DNA of 64,000 nt from Alphaproteobacteria bacterium (GCA_965225945.1 CBDDBZ010000028.1:84104-148103); one strand, 5' to 3'; shown: positions 42,574 through 55,900, counted from the first letter of the stretch. The notes: generated by a model from the letters alone, not told the origin. Made by a program: numbers and translations.

Positions 42574-43191
42574 ATGAGACAAGGTCCGACGTCGAAACGT
42601 GGGCGCGGCCGGTCCGGTGGCCGGCGTCCCTATTCAAATCAGGTGAACCGTAGCTATGACAGCAACGGTCCGGAGGTGAAGATCCGGGGCACCGCGTCCC
42701 ATATTTGCGAGAAATATCAATCGTTCGCGCGCGATGCCTCGGCGTCGGGCGACCGTGTCGCCACCGAGAACTATCTGCAGCACGCCGAGCATTACCTTCG
42801 CATCGCCCAGGCCGCGACGGCGCAGCAGCAGGCGCAACAGCCCCAGGGCGGCGAGGGCGAGCCGACCGGCGGCAACGGCAACCGGGCGTCGGCCGCGGTG
42901 CCGCCGTCCGATGGGGGTGAACAGCCCGACATCGCCTTCCCGGAAGCGAGCGCGCAGCCGGCGCAGCCGGCACGGTCGTCGCGGAGCACGCACGGTGCCA
43001 AGGCGGCGAAACCGGCCGAGATTGCCGCCGAGGTCCAAGCGAACGCCGAGCAAGCGGCCGAGGCGTCGAAAATACCGAAGCGCAACGGTGAGACGGCGGA
43101 CATGGTGGCTCCCACCGATAGCGACAGCTCCGAGAGCTCCGACAGCTCCGACAGCTCCGACAGTTCCGACGCCACGCCCGTGACCAGCTGA
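42574..43191 (+). CDS. DUF4167 domain protein with low-complexity tail
   Basis: YDSNGPEVKIRG.A..I.EKY...ARDA...GDRV..ENY.QHAEHY; usual prmC-clpB position. Confidence 0.88.
   Translation: MRQGPTSKRGRGRSGGRRPYSNQVNRSYDSNGPEVKIRGTASHICEKYQSFARDASASGDRVATENYLQHAEHYLRIAQAATAQQQAQQPQGGEGEPTGGNGNRASAAVPPSDGGEQPDIAFPEASAQPAQPARSSRSTHGAKAAKPAEIAAEVQANAEQAAEASKIPKRNGETADMVAPTDSDSSESSDSSDSSDSSDATPVTS
43123..43170 (+). repeat. 9-bp coding tandem repeat (GACAGCTCC) x about 5
   Basis: Encodes DSSESSDSSDSSDSSD. Confidence 0.85.
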
Positions 43192-43256
43192 AGCTTCTCG
43201 GGCGATCGCCCCGGCGGGTGCTCCGAGGGATCGGACGCTCTGCCGCGCGCGTCCGA

Positions 43257-43284
43257 CTTGCGCGCCGAGACGCCGACCCTATCT
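43257..43284 (+). promoter_or_regulatory. putative sigma32 promoter of clpB
   Basis: CTTG-N17-CCTATCT. Confidence 0.55.
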
Positions 43285-43423
43285 AAATGACAGGCGGGAT
43301 TGCTCACCCCGAGGATCCCGCGCGGGTGGCTCCGGTTCACTCGATCTTAACCATGACCGTCTTCCATGAAGGCGTCATCGGCGGGCCGATCACGGACGTC
43401 GGGGACGTGCTGGGGAGGAGAGG

Positions 43424-46012
<2,589 letters not shown>

Positions 46013-46054
46013 CCGACCCGCGCTTCGTCGTCGCGAGCGAGCGGAGAAGGAAAA

Positions 46055-46110
46055 GGATAAGGGGACACAATACTTAACTTTACGAAGTTAAGTATTGTGT
46101 CCCCTTATCC
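46055..46110. repeat. perfect 26-bp inverted repeat (REP-like element or bidirectional terminator)
   Basis: GGATAAGGGGACACAATACTTAACTT-TACG-AAGTTAAGTATTGTGTCCCCTTATCC between convergent genes. Confidence 0.9.
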
Positions 46111-46133
46111 TAACTCGGGCGCCGTTCGGCCTC

Positions 46134-46910
46134 CTAGCGGTTGCGGAACTGGGGTTCGCGTTTTTCGACGAAGGCGGCCATGCCTTCCGATTTGTCCTCG
46201 ATGGCGAAGGTGGAGTGGAACAGCCGCCGTTCGAAGCGGACGCCCTCGGCCAGCGTCGTCTCGTAGGCGCGGTTGACCGATTCCTTGGCCAACATCACCA
46301 CCGGCCGGGAGAGCTTGGCGATCTTGTGGGCGACGGAAAGCACCTCCTCCATCAACTGGTCGAGCGGCACCACTCGGGAAACCAGGCCGGAACGCTCCGC
46401 CTCCTCCGCGTCCATCATCCGGCCCGTGAGGCACATCTCCATCGCCTTCGATTTTCCAACCAGTTTGGCCAGGCGCTGAGTACCGCCGCAACCGGGGATC
46501 GTCCCGATGGTGATTTCGGGCTGGCCGAAGCGGGCATTATCGGCGGCGATGATGAAATCGCACATCATGGCGATCTCGCAACCGCCGCCCAGCGCGTAAC
46601 CGGCGACCGCGGCGATCACCGGCTTGCGGCACTTGCTCACCCGCTCCCAGCCCACGGTGATGAAGTCGGCGAGGTAGACGTCCATGTAGTCCCGTGACGC
46701 CATCTCCTTGATGTCGGCGCCGGCGGCGAAGGCCTTCTCGCTCCCCGTCAGCACCAGGCAGCCGATATCGTCGTCCGCTTCCAGGGCATCGAGGGCGCGG
46801 GCCAACTCGTCGATCAAAGGGCCGTTGAGGGCGTTCAACGCCTTGGGCCGGTTGAGCGTGACGATGCCGACCGGACCCTTGGTTTCGACCAGGATGTGTT
46901 CATAGGCCAT
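46134..46910 (-). CDS. enoyl-CoA hydratase
   Basis: [39 protein letters not shown]. Confidence 0.95.
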   Translation of the reverse strand: MAYEHILVETKGPVGIVTLNRPKALNALNGPLIDELARALDALEADDDIGCLVLTGSEKAFAAGADIKEMASRDYMDVYLADFITVGWERVSKCRKPVIAAVAGYALGGGCEIAMMCDFIIAADNARFGQPEITIGTIPGCGGTQRLAKLVGKSKAMEMCLTGRMMDAEEAERSGLVSRVVPLDQLMEEVLSVAHKIAKLSRPVVMLAKESVNRAYETTLAEGVRFERRLFHSTFAIEDKSEGMAAFVEKREPQFRNR

Positions 46911-46946
46911 GGTGGGCTTCCTCCCTGAATGACGGATCGGGTGCGC

Positions 46947-47372
46947 TCACCGCCCCTCGGGGGCGAGCGAGAAGCGGATTTCGGTGACCGCGCCCCGACG
47001 CCGGACGGTGATGGTGAGGCGCTCGCCCTCGCGGCGCCAGACGTCGTTCGGGCCGTAATGCCAGCCGAGCGCGGGAAGGGCGCGGGCATAGAAGGCGCGG
47101 ACCTCGTCCGGCGCCACCCGGCCGCTCGCCCGGACGTCGACGATACGGCCCTCGGGTTTGTCGAACACGAGCCGACCCTCGGCCCGTTCCACCAGGCCAG
47201 CCATCAACGGCAGGTCGGGCAGGTCGGCGAGATAGTCGGCGCCGAGCGCGCCGGGCGATGCCAGCAATACCGACGCCACCAACAGCCGTCGCGCCGCCGC
47301 CACCACCCACCGGGTCCAGCCGATCGCCCCGGCGGGCGAGCCTAATTCGAGGCTTGTGCCCGATGGCCTCAT
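46947..47372 (-). CDS. hypothetical exported protein
   Basis: ATG overlaps the mutM stop; hydrophobic segment followed by DLPLMAGL...FDKPEGRIV. Confidence 0.65.
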   Translation of the reverse strand: MRPSGTSLELGSPAGAIGWTRWVVAAARRLLVASVLLASPGALGADYLADLPDLPLMAGLVERAEGRLVFDKPEGRIVDVRASGRVAPDEVRAFYARALPALGWHYGPNDVWRREGERLTITVRRRGAVTEIRFSLAPEGR

Positions 47373-48190
47373 CGCTGGCATCCGCCGCAGAAATAGCTCG
47401 CCCGCCCCGACTGCACGATTTTGCGGATCGGCTTGCCGCAGGTCCGGCACGCCTCGCCCGCCCGGTCGTAGACCTGCCAACTGTGCTGGAAATAGCCCAG
47501 CTCGCCCGAAACCTGGACATAGTCGCGCAAGCTCGAGCCGCCGGCCGCGATGGCCGCCCGGAGCACCTCGCGGATCGCCGGTACCAGACGCTCCGCCCGC
47601 CGGCCGGCGACGGCGGAGGCGAGGCGGCGAGGCGAGATCCCGGCCCGGTGCAGCGCTTCCGAGACATAGATGTTGCCCAGCCCGGCGACGACCTTCTGGT
47701 CCAGCAGCGCCGCCTTGATCGGGGTCCGCTTGCCGGCGAGCCGCGCCGAGAGCGTTGGCCCGTCGAACCGGTTGGAAAGCGGCTCCGGCCCGAGCTCGCG
47801 AAGCAAGCGATGGCCGGCGAGCTCGGCCTCGTGAAACAGGTCCATGATGCCGAAGCGGCGGTGGTCCTCGTAGACCACGACGACGCCGTCCTCGGTGGTG
47901 ACGACGACGTGGTCGTGGCGCCCGGCCTGGCGCGAGGCGCCGTCGAGGTGGAACCGCCCCGACATGCCGAGGTGGATGAGCCAGACCTGGCCGTCGTCGA
48001 GATGGGCGAGGATGAATTTGCCGCGCCGGTCCAGCCGCTCGATCCGCCGCCCGGTCAGCCGCGCCGCGAAGTTCGAAGGCAGCGGCCAGCGCAGGTCGGC
48101 GCGACGCTGCTCGACCCGGGCGAGGCGGCGACCGACCAGCGGGCCCTCGAGCCCCAGGCGCACCGTCTCGACTTCCGGCAACTCGGGCAT
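47369..48190 (-). CDS. mutM: formamidopyrimidine-DNA glycosylase
   Basis: [22 protein letters not shown]-terminal zinc finger. Confidence 0.97.
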   Translation of the reverse strand: MPELPEVETVRLGLEGPLVGRRLARVEQRRADLRWPLPSNFAARLTGRRIERLDRRGKFILAHLDDGQVWLIHLGMSGRFHLDGASRQAGRHDHVVVTTEDGVVVVYEDHRRFGIMDLFHEAELAGHRLLRELGPEPLSNRFDGPTLSARLAGKRTPIKAALLDQKVVAGLGNIYVSEALHRAGISPRRLASAVAGRRAERLVPAIREVLRAAIAAGGSSLRDYVQVSGELGYFQHSWQVYDRAGEACRTCGKPIRKIVQSGRASYFCGGCQR

Positions 48191-48289
48191 GGCGCGCCGT
48201 CGCTCCTCCTCGCGCTCGCCACGCCTCCAAGCGCGGCGAGCGCGAGCCTAGCCTATTGTCCGACCCGACTGAACCACCCGCGCGGCGCT

Positions 48290-49801
48290 TCAGAACGCCG
48301 CGTTAGCGTCGGCTCCGGTGGTCGCCAGGTTGTTGAACTTGGTGTATTCGCGGGTGAACTGCAGGCGTATGGTGCCGGTCGGTCCGTGCCGCTGCTTGCC
48401 GATGATCAGCTCGGCGACGCCGTGGATCTTTTCCCCCTTTTCTCGCCACTCGGCATGCTCCGGGGTGTCCGCCTCCGGCTCCTTGCGCTCGTGGTAATAC
48501 TCCTCGCGGTAGAGGAACATCACGACGTCGGCGTCCTGCTCGATCGCGCCCGATTCGCGCAGGTCCGACAGTTGCGGGCGCTTGTCCTCGCGGGCTTCGA
48601 CCGCGCGGCTGAGCTGCGAGATCGCCAGCACCGGCACGTTCAGCTCCTTGGCCAGCGCCTTCAGGCCCTGGGTGATCTCCGAGATCTCCTGCACCCGGTT
48701 GTCGTTGCGGCCGCGGCCCGAGGGGCGCAGGAGTTGCAGGTAGTCGACCACGATCAGGCCGAGCCCCCGGGTCCGCTTCAGCCGCCTGGCCCGCGTGCGC
48801 AAGGCCGAAATCGTCAGCGCCGGCGTGTCGTCGATAAAGAGCGGAATTTCCGCGATCCGCTGAGAGGCCACCACCACCTGGTTGAAATCGTCCTGGCCGA
48901 GAGCGCCTCGGCGGATCCTCTCCGAGGGCACCTTGGCCTGTTCGCCCAGGACCCGCGTCGCCAACTGCTCGGCCGACATCTCCAGGCTGAAGAAGGCGAC
49001 CACGGCGCCGTCGTCGACCCGTTCGGTGCCGCCGGCGTCCGGGCTGGTGCGAAAACGGTCGGCGGCGTGGAAGGCGATGTTGGTGGCGAGCGCGGTCTTT
49101 CCCATCGCCGGCCGGGCCGCCAGGATCAACAGGTCGGAGCGATGCAGGCCGCCCAGACGCTGATCCAGGTCGGTGAGGCCGGTGGCGGTGCCGACCAGGA
49201 GCGAATCCCGTTTATAGGCGGCATCGGCCATTTCGACGGCCTCGCGCACCGCCTCGGAGAAACTCATGAAACCTCGATCGATCTGACCGGTCTCCGCCAA
49301 ATCGAAGAGCTGTTGTTCGGCCCGTTCGATCTGCTCGGTGGCGGAATCGTCGATGTCCGGCTCGTTCGCCTCATGTAACATTTCCTCGGCGATTGAGATC
49401 AGCTCGCGGCGAAGCGCCAGGTCCTGCACGATGCGGGCATAATGTTCGACGTCATAGAGCGACACCGCCGCGCCGGCGAGGCGGGCGAGATACTGCGCGC
49501 CGCCGACCTGGCTCAGGCTCTGGTCCTGCTCGAAATAGTGCCTGAGCGTCACCGGCGTCGCCAATTGGCCGCGATCCACCAGCTTCAGCGCCGCCTCGTA
49601 GATCCGCCGATGCGCCGGCTCGTGAAAATGCCCCACCTGGACGATCTCGGAGATCCGATTGAGCGTCTCGTTGTTGACCAGGACCGCGCCCAGCACCGCC
49701 TGTTCCGCCTCCACGTTGCGGGGGCGTTCCTTGTAGGTCTCTTCGTCCAGGCCGCCGGGAAGGGCGGTCAGGGGCGCGGGGATGTTGGGCTCGCTCGTCA
49801 T
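48290..49801 (-). CDS. dnaB: replicative DNA helicase
   Basis: AARPAMGKT, FSLEMS, VDYLQL, SQLSR, DLRESGAIEQDAD; no intein. Confidence 0.97.
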   Translation of the reverse strand: MTSEPNIPAPLTALPGGLDEETYKERPRNVEAEQAVLGAVLVNNETLNRISEIVQVGHFHEPAHRRIYEAALKLVDRGQLATPVTLRHYFEQDQSLSQVGGAQYLARLAGAAVSLYDVEHYARIVQDLALRRELISIAEEMLHEANEPDIDDSATEQIERAEQQLFDLAETGQIDRGFMSFSEAVREAVEMADAAYKRDSLLVGTATGLTDLDQRLGGLHRSDLLILAARPAMGKTALATNIAFHAADRFRTSPDAGGTERVDDGAVVAFFSLEMSAEQLATRVLGEQAKVPSERIRRGALGQDDFNQVVVASQRIAEIPLFIDDTPALTISALRTRARRLKRTRGLGLIVVDYLQLLRPSGRGRNDNRVQEISEITQGLKALAKELNVPVLAISQLSRAVEAREDKRPQLSDLRESGAIEQDADVVMFLYREEYYHERKEPEADTPEHAEWREKGEKIHGVAELIIGKQRHGPTGTIRLQFTREYTKFNNLATTGADANAAF

Positions 49802-50025
49802 GCGAGGCGGACCCTATCACGGGGTCTCGGAGGTGTGCCGAGGGCGCGGCGAATTATCTTGGGGCGATTTGAGGACAACAGTGGGGACGACGCCGAATTC
49901 GCCAGCGGCGGCGGCGGCTTGCGGGAATATGGCGAGGCCGGTCTCGGCCTGGGCGCCGGGTCGCCATTTCGAGCGGCGGGCGGGCGCGTGTGGGGCGAAT
50001 CGGCGTCGGCGGGCGAATCACGTGG

Positions 50026-51258
50026 CTAGGCGGCCACGCCCCGGTCCTTCGGGTGGCGGCGCTCGAAATTGTCGATGTAGTCGCGGGTCAGCGGCACGGC
50101 CTGCAGCGAGCGGGCGAACTGAATCTGGAAACTCACGTGTCCGGAATAGCGGAAGGCGGCCTCGCTCGCCGCCAGATACAGCTCCCACATGCGGCAGAAG
50201 CGCTCGTCGTAGAGCTCGCGGACCTTGTGGCGGTTGGCGTTGAAGCGGGATCGCCAGGCCTCGAGCGTCAGCGCGTAGTGCAGTCGCAGCACCTCGACGT
50301 CGGTGATGTAGAAGCCGCCCCGCTCGATCACCGGCACGATCTCGGAAAGCGCCGGCGAATAGCCGCCTGGGAAGATGTATTTCTCGATCCAGGGGTTGGT
50401 GGCGCCCGGCCCGTCGGCGCGGCCGATGGTGTGCAACAGCGCGATGCCGTCCTCGCTCAGGAGCTCGCCGAGGGCGCCGAAGAACTCCCGATAGTGGGGG
50501 ACGCCGACATGTTCGAACATGCCGACCGAGACGATTCGATCGAACTCTCCCTCCAACTCGCGATAGTCGAGCAGTTCGAAGCGGACGCGAGCGGCCAGGC
50601 CCTCGGCGCGGGCCCGCTCCCGCGCGACCGCCAACTGCTCCCGCGACAGCGTGATGCCCGTGACCTCGACCTCCGCCGCGTGCGCGAGGTGGAGGGCCAA
50701 GCCGCCCCAACCACAGCCGATGTCGAGCACGCGCTGACCGTCGCGGAGCAACAGCTTGGCCGCGAGATGACGCTTCTTCTGTTCCTGCGCGGTCTCGATC
50801 TCGTCGTCGTCCGAGACGAAATAGGCGCAGGAATATTGTCGATCGTGGTCTAGGAAGAGGTCGTAGAGCCGGCCGGAGAGGTCGTAATGATGGGCGACGT
50901 TGCGTCGCGCCTTCGATGCCGGATTATATTGGATCAAACTCCGGGCGAAACGCGCCAGCCGCCCCGGCAGCCGGGCGACCCAGTGATCCGGCTCGTCCCA
51001 GCCCATGCTCTCGCCCATGAAGGCGAGCGCGTCGTAGATGTCGCCGTCCTCGATCGTGAGGCGGCCGTCCATGTAGGCCTCGCCGAAGGCGAGGAGCGGA
51101 TTGAAGAACAGGTGGCGCGCGATCGCCGGGTCGTGGAACCGGAGCGTGCACGCAGACCCCTCTTGCGCCCCCCGGAAGACCTGGGACCGCCCCTTGTGGT
51201 CGATTAGAGTCAGCGTGCCAGCCTTTACCAGACGACTCGCCAGTCGCGCCAACAACAT
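50026..51258 (-). CDS. cfa: cyclopropane-fatty-acyl-phospholipid synthase family methyltransferase
   Basis: HHYDLS, QYSCAYF, LDIGCGWG, SVGMFEHVG, YIFPGG. Confidence 0.92.
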   Translation of the reverse strand: MLLARLASRLVKAGTLTLIDHKGRSQVFRGAQEGSACTLRFHDPAIARHLFFNPLLAFGEAYMDGRLTIEDGDIYDALAFMGESMGWDEPDHWVARLPGRLARFARSLIQYNPASKARRNVAHHYDLSGRLYDLFLDHDRQYSCAYFVSDDDEIETAQEQKKRHLAAKLLLRDGQRVLDIGCGWGGLALHLAHAAEVEVTGITLSREQLAVARERARAEGLAARVRFELLDYRELEGEFDRIVSVGMFEHVGVPHYREFFGALGELLSEDGIALLHTIGRADGPGATNPWIEKYIFPGGYSPALSEIVPVIERGGFYITDVEVLRLHYALTLEAWRSRFNANRHKVRELYDERFCRMWELYLAASEAAFRYSGHVSFQIQFARSLQAVPLTRDYIDNFERRHPKDRGVAA

Positions 51259-51535
51259 CCCGGCCCTCCCCTTGCGAGCTGGACATTGCCTCGACACTTC
51301 CGTGCCGCCGAGCGTGGCGACTCGGAGCGCGGACATTCTATGAAAATTTCGAGCAGGGTGCAAAATCGAAGTGGTCGACGACTTTTTCTGGAACGCTCCG
51401 GGGCTCGAGCAAATCGCCGGGCCGGCGTGAAGCCGCGGGCGTCGAATTCGGTCGTGTCCCGGGGTGTGGTGTGGGCGCCGGGGGGGCACCGGCCGGTGAG
51501 CGAGGCCTCGACGAGGGCCACCGATCAACGCCGAA

Positions 51536-51567
51536 TGGGGGACTGGAAGGCTGCTTCCAATCCCCCA
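51536..51567. terminator. hairpin downstream of the MCP gene
   Basis: TGGGGGACTGGAAG-GCTG-CTTCCAATCCCCCA, 14-bp stem with one mismatch; no clear U-tract. Confidence 0.4.
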
Positions 51568-52934
51568 CCCGCACGATTATTAAGAGCGATCTACGCGGCC
51601 CGAACTTCATTCAGGAAAGTATCCACCTCCTTTCTGAGAAGTTCGGATTGCTCCGAGAGCGTGCCCGCAGCACTCAATACCTGGGCCGAGGCGGCCCCGG
51701 TCTCGCCGGCCGCCTGGCTCACGCCGGTGATGTTGGACGAGACCTCCTTGGTGCCTTGCGCGGCCTGTTGGACATTGCGGCTGATCTCCTGCGTCGCGGC
51801 GCCTTGTTCCTCTACCGCCGAAGCGATGGTCCCGGCGATCTCGCTGATCTCGCCGATGATGCGGCCGATGTTGGAGATCGACTCGACAGCCTCTTGCGTG
51901 GCGGATTGGACGCCGGTGATCTGCACGCTGATCTCGTCCGTCGCCTTGGCGGTCTGGCTGGCCAGGTTCTTGACCTCGGAGGCGACCACCGCGAAGCCCT
52001 TGCCGGCGTCGCCGGCCCGGGCCGCCTCGATGGTCGCGTTGAGCGCGAGGAGGTTGGTCTGGCTGGCGATGTCGTTGATGAGCTCGACGACGTCGCCGAT
52101 CTTGCCCGCCTCCTGGGCCAAGGCCTGTATCGTCTCGTTGGCGCGGTTGCCCTCCTCGACGGCCTTGCCCGAGATCTCGCTCGACTACGCCATTTGGCGC
52201 CCGATCTCTTCGATCGAGGTCGACAGCTCCTCCGACGCCGAGGCCACCGTCTGCACGTTGGCGGTGGCCTGCTCGGAAGCCGCCGCGACGACGGTGGCCT
52301 GGCTGTTGGTCTCTTCCGCCGTCGACGACATGGATTGGGCCGTGCCCTGCATCTCGGTCGCGGAGGAGGAAACCGACTCCACGATGGAGCCCACTTTCGA
52401 CTGGAAGTCGTCGGCCATACTGTGCATGGCTTGGCGCTTCTCCTCCACGGCCCGATTCTCGGCCGCATCTTCTTCGAGCCGGACCCGTTCGATGGCGTTC
52501 TCCTTGAAGACTTGGACGGCGCCCGACATCTCGCCGATCTCATCGCCACGGTTGCGGCCTGGGATTTCGACTTCGTAGTCACCCTCGGCCAGACGCTGCA
52601 TCGCCGCGGTCATGAGAACCACCGGTTTGGCCAGGCCATTGCCGATGAACCAGGCCAGGATGATACCGAGGATCAGGCCGCCGACACTCAGGATCAGCAT
52701 GGTCAGCTCGGCATTCTCGATGGTGGCCACGGTTTCGGCTTTAACCTCGGCGGTTTCGGCGTGCACCGCCGCGACGATCCATTCGGCATCCGCGATCAGT
52801 TCCTCGGCCGCCTCGGCCATTTCGCCATGCAGCAGCTTGGCGATCTCATGCTCATCCTCGACGACCTTTTCGAAGGTCGTGACGTAGGTCGTCGATTGAG
52901 CAACCTGATGTGTGGAAATTCGGAACGCCGTTGA

Positions 52935-54113
52935 TCAGTCATCCTCTGCTTTCCAAGTGATGTAGGGTTTTTCGGTGGTTTCCCATTTCTCGTCGATTTC
53001 GACGAGGATGGCGGTGACCAGACGTTCGAGCGAGGCCTCGTTGGGAAAGACCCTGACCTTTACGGTGCGGCGCTTGATCTCCTGCTGGATGGATCGCTCC
53101 ATGGGGTTCGAGGTTCGCATGCGCTTTTGGTGGCGCTCGGGCAGGGCGAAGACGGCGAGGCCCTCGGGGATCGCCGTCTCCAGCCAATCGGCGAGCTTGG
53201 GGGCGCTGTCGCGGTAGGCCGCCACCAGATGGCCCAGCTCGGCCTCGGCGGCCTTGCCGTCGGCGGCGTTCCAGACCCGGCGCAGCTCCTTGCCGATGGC
53301 CTTTCGGATGGCGAGGTTGGGGGCGTGATGGATGGCGTTTTGAGCCAGATGGTACTGACAGCGCTGCCAGACGGCGCCGCCGAGGACGGCCTTGCGCGCG
53401 GCGCCGAGGCCTGGATGATCATCGGAAACGATATAGGCGACACCGCGCATGCCACGGGCAACCAGGGTCTCCAGGAAGGCGCGCCAGTGCACTTCGGCCT
53501 CGGAGAGCGCACAGGAAACACCGAGCACCCGGCGGCGCTGGTCGGGGCCGATGCCGATCACCGAGAGCACGGCGGCGTCGCGCACCACGCCACCCTCTCG
53601 GACTTTCTCATAGCGCGCGTCGAGGAGCAGGTAGCGGATCTCGCCCAGCGGCCGGTTGCGCCAGGCATCCAGCTCCCCATCCAAGAGCTTGGCGGCGCGG
53701 CTGACCTGGCTCGACGACAGGCTCTCCAGGCCGAACTCGCGCATCACCGCCTCGGCGTCACGGGTGGAGACGCCTTTGATATACATCTCCGCCACGGCCA
53801 GCATGACAGCGCGGCAGGAGCGCCGTCCGCGCTCCAGGGCTTGGGGGTAAAAAGGCGCCTCATGACCGGCGGTCTTGGGAACCTCGAGCCTCACCGTACC
53901 GGCCGGGGTGTCGATCTTCTTGGGTCTGGTGCCGTTGGCGTATCCCCGCCGCTCGGGCGTGCGCTCATAGTGGCCGGCGCCCAAGAACCTCTCCCGCTCG
54001 ATCCGCATGGCGAGATTGAAAAGGCCGGCGAAGACCGTCGCCATGTTCTCGCTACCGCCTTCGATCAATTGTTCCACCAAAGCCTCGACAGCGCTATCCT
54101 GGTCTTTCCGCAT
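52935..54113 (-). CDS. IS256 family transposase
   Basis: EMYIKGVSTR, LDARYEKVR, VSDDH.GL, WQRCQYH, RTSNPMER. Confidence 0.95.
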   Translation of the reverse strand: MRKDQDSAVEALVEQLIEGGSENMATVFAGLFNLAMRIERERFLGAGHYERTPERRGYANGTRPKKIDTPAGTVRLEVPKTAGHEAPFYPQALERGRRSCRAVMLAVAEMYIKGVSTRDAEAVMREFGLESLSSSQVSRAAKLLDGELDAWRNRPLGEIRYLLLDARYEKVREGGVVRDAAVLSVIGIGPDQRRRVLGVSCALSEAEVHWRAFLETLVARGMRGVAYIVSDDHPGLGAARKAVLGGAVWQRCQYHLAQNAIHHAPNLAIRKAIGKELRRVWNAADGKAAEAELGHLVAAYRDSAPKLADWLETAIPEGLAVFALPERHQKRMRTSNPMERSIQQEIKRRTVKVRVFPNEASLERLVTAILVEIDEKWETTEKPYITWKAEDD

Positions 54114-54165
54114 ACTGGTTCTCCATGTTTGTTTGGACGCTTTCATGGATAACCAAAATGACGGA

Positions 54166-54201
54166 TCGCCCCGCGCCGGGGTATACCCCGGCGCGGGGCG
54201 A
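54166..54201. repeat. perfect 36-bp palindrome in the IS256 leader
   Basis: TCGCCCCGCGCCGGGGTA|TACCCCGGCGCGGGGCGA. Confidence 0.9.
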
Positions 54202-55039
54202 AGCCAAATTTCCAGACCTCACGCTACACAAGCTAGGTCCTCGCCAGTTCCTCGACGAGCAGGGCACGCAACTTCCTTTCCTCGCCGGTACGGATCGCCT
54301 TGCCGAGCGCTAGCAACGCGGCCTCGACTTCGTTGAACTCGTGATGCACCTTCTCGGTGAAGGAATCGTCGCGCCGACCGATCATGATGTTGGCGTAGAC
54401 TTCCGCCTTCAAGGCATGTTCGCGAGCGACGCCGATATAGATGGCGGCGTCGCCGTTGCCTTCTTGAACGACTTCTTCCAGCATGATGTCGATATTGTCG
54501 ACGAAGGCCTCGCCGGTGGGGTCGAGGACCTCATGGATCAGCTTCTCAAACTCCACGTCCAACTCGACGACTTTTTCGAAGTCCTTGACGTAGATTTCGA
54601 AATCCTTGCTGATTTCGGCCAGTTTCTCCAACTGTTCCGGGTTCTTGAACAGGCCCTGGGCCTTGGCGATTTCCGCCCTCAGCTTGGCGGCGATTTCGCG
54701 CGCCTTTTTGGCGTCTTCCATGTTGCTGGTGGCGGCGAATTCACGCACGAAGACCTCCAGCTCGAAGAAATGCGCTTCGACCGACGCGGCCGCTTTGGAC
54801 TCTTCGACCTCATGGGCGTATAATTCGACTTCGTGGGAGATGGTCACCAAGCTGGTGTAGCCCATGGCGGCGACCAGCCCGAGCACGACCAGGACGGTCG
54901 CAAAGCCGACCAAGATCTTCGTCTTGACCTTGATGTTGTTGATGAAACTGGATTTCTTCGTATCCTTCTCGACCTTCACATCCGTCGCGATCTTCATTGT
55001 CTGTTCCATTGTCTCTATCCAATCGGAATGGCTTCGAGC

Positions 55040-55900
55040 CTAACTGCTCTTCAGCAGCAATCGGCGATGCAGGCCCTGCAACGGACGCGCGTTCATATCG
55101 AATAGTCCAGCAAATTGCTGGACCTGCGCCGTCGATGCCTGGACGGGTTGGCTGAAAACGGACCAGATCACCTTTTCCGAACAGGGCGGCGTGGTCAGCG
55201 AGCCGAGATAGCGGAAATAGCGACGGTCCAGGGTCAGCAGAAGGGCCGGTTCGATGGACACCGAAGAGACCTTCTTTTCCGGACCGGCGGAATGGGGCAT
55301 GTGAGCCCAAATCGGCGCCAGCAGGTTGTTCTCGCCGCCCGGTTCGATGAAGACGCCCAGCACCGCGAGCATGCCGTCGTCATTGATGTGAACGAAATGC
55401 GCTTCCAAGTCGAAGCGGCGACCGTCCATGGCGTGTTCGCTCGGATGATGAAAATGGAAATGCAGCAGGCGGAAGTGTTCACCCTCCAGGGTCATGGTGC
55501 TGCCCGGATCGGTATTGCACTGGATGGTGTGACCGTTGTTGACCACACGCAACGTGGTCGGTTTATAGTTCAGGTGAATTTGGCCCGGATCGGCCGGGGT
55601 GGCGTCTCTCAGGTCGATCGGCGATTGCTGGAACCCCAAGGAACAGACCCGGTTGCCGGCGGACATTTCACCCCAATGTCGCGGGCCGGTGTCACCGCCA
55701 TAGGTCCAGCTCGCGGCGCCATGGCCCTCGCTCGCCTTGGCGGCGGCGGGCGCGGCCTTGGCGGCGCCGTGCCCGGCCTTGTTCTCCGATGCCAGCGCCG
55801 AGGCGACCGACAGGCAGGTTGGACAAGCCGCCGCGGCACCTGCCATGTATTTCAAGACGGACCGGCGATTGAAGGATGTATCTTCCAAACGCTTTGTCAT
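55040..55900 (-). CDS. alpha-class carbonic anhydrase with Tat signal
   Basis: NRRSVLK twin-arginine leader, WTYGG, QSPIDL, NNGHTI, HFHHPSEH, EAHFVH, GSLTTPPCSE, NARPLQ. Confidence 0.93.
   Translation of the reverse strand: MTKRLEDTSFNRRSVLKYMAGAAAACPTCLSVASALASENKAGHGAAKAAPAAAKASEGHGAASWTYGGDTGPRHWGEMSAGNRVCSLGFQQSPIDLRDATPADPGQIHLNYKPTTLRVVNNGHTIQCNTDPGSTMTLEGEHFRLLHFHFHHPSEHAMDGRRFDLEAHFVHINDDGMLAVLGVFIEPGGENNLLAPIWAHMPHSAGPEKKVSSVSIEPALLLTLDRRYFRYLGSLTTPPCSEKVIWSVFSQPVQASTAQVQQFAGLFDMNARPLQGLHRRLLLKSS

Larger units (their letters stand above)
52894..54233 (-). mobile_element. IS256-family element
   Basis: 27-bp imperfect IRs ending TGGAAATT; 9-bp flanking repeat TAGGTCGTC/TAGGTCCTC (one mismatch). 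Confidence 0.9.
51591..55009 (-). pseudogene. methyl-accepting chemotaxis protein, disrupted by IS256 and an in-frame TAG
   Basis: TM1 and sensor domain (55009-54234); rest of sensor, TM2 and HAMP (52884-52188); in-frame TAG at 52185-52187; signalling domain [27 protein letters not shown]. All parts share one frame once the IS is removed. Confidence 0.92.

Noticed and set aside
43123-43170. DSS tandem repeat as a contingency locus
   Set aside because: It is an in-frame repeat in a disordered tail, so length changes would not switch the gene on or off.
48290-49801. Possible intein in dnaB
   Set aside because: Length is normal (503 aa) and the motifs are contiguous.
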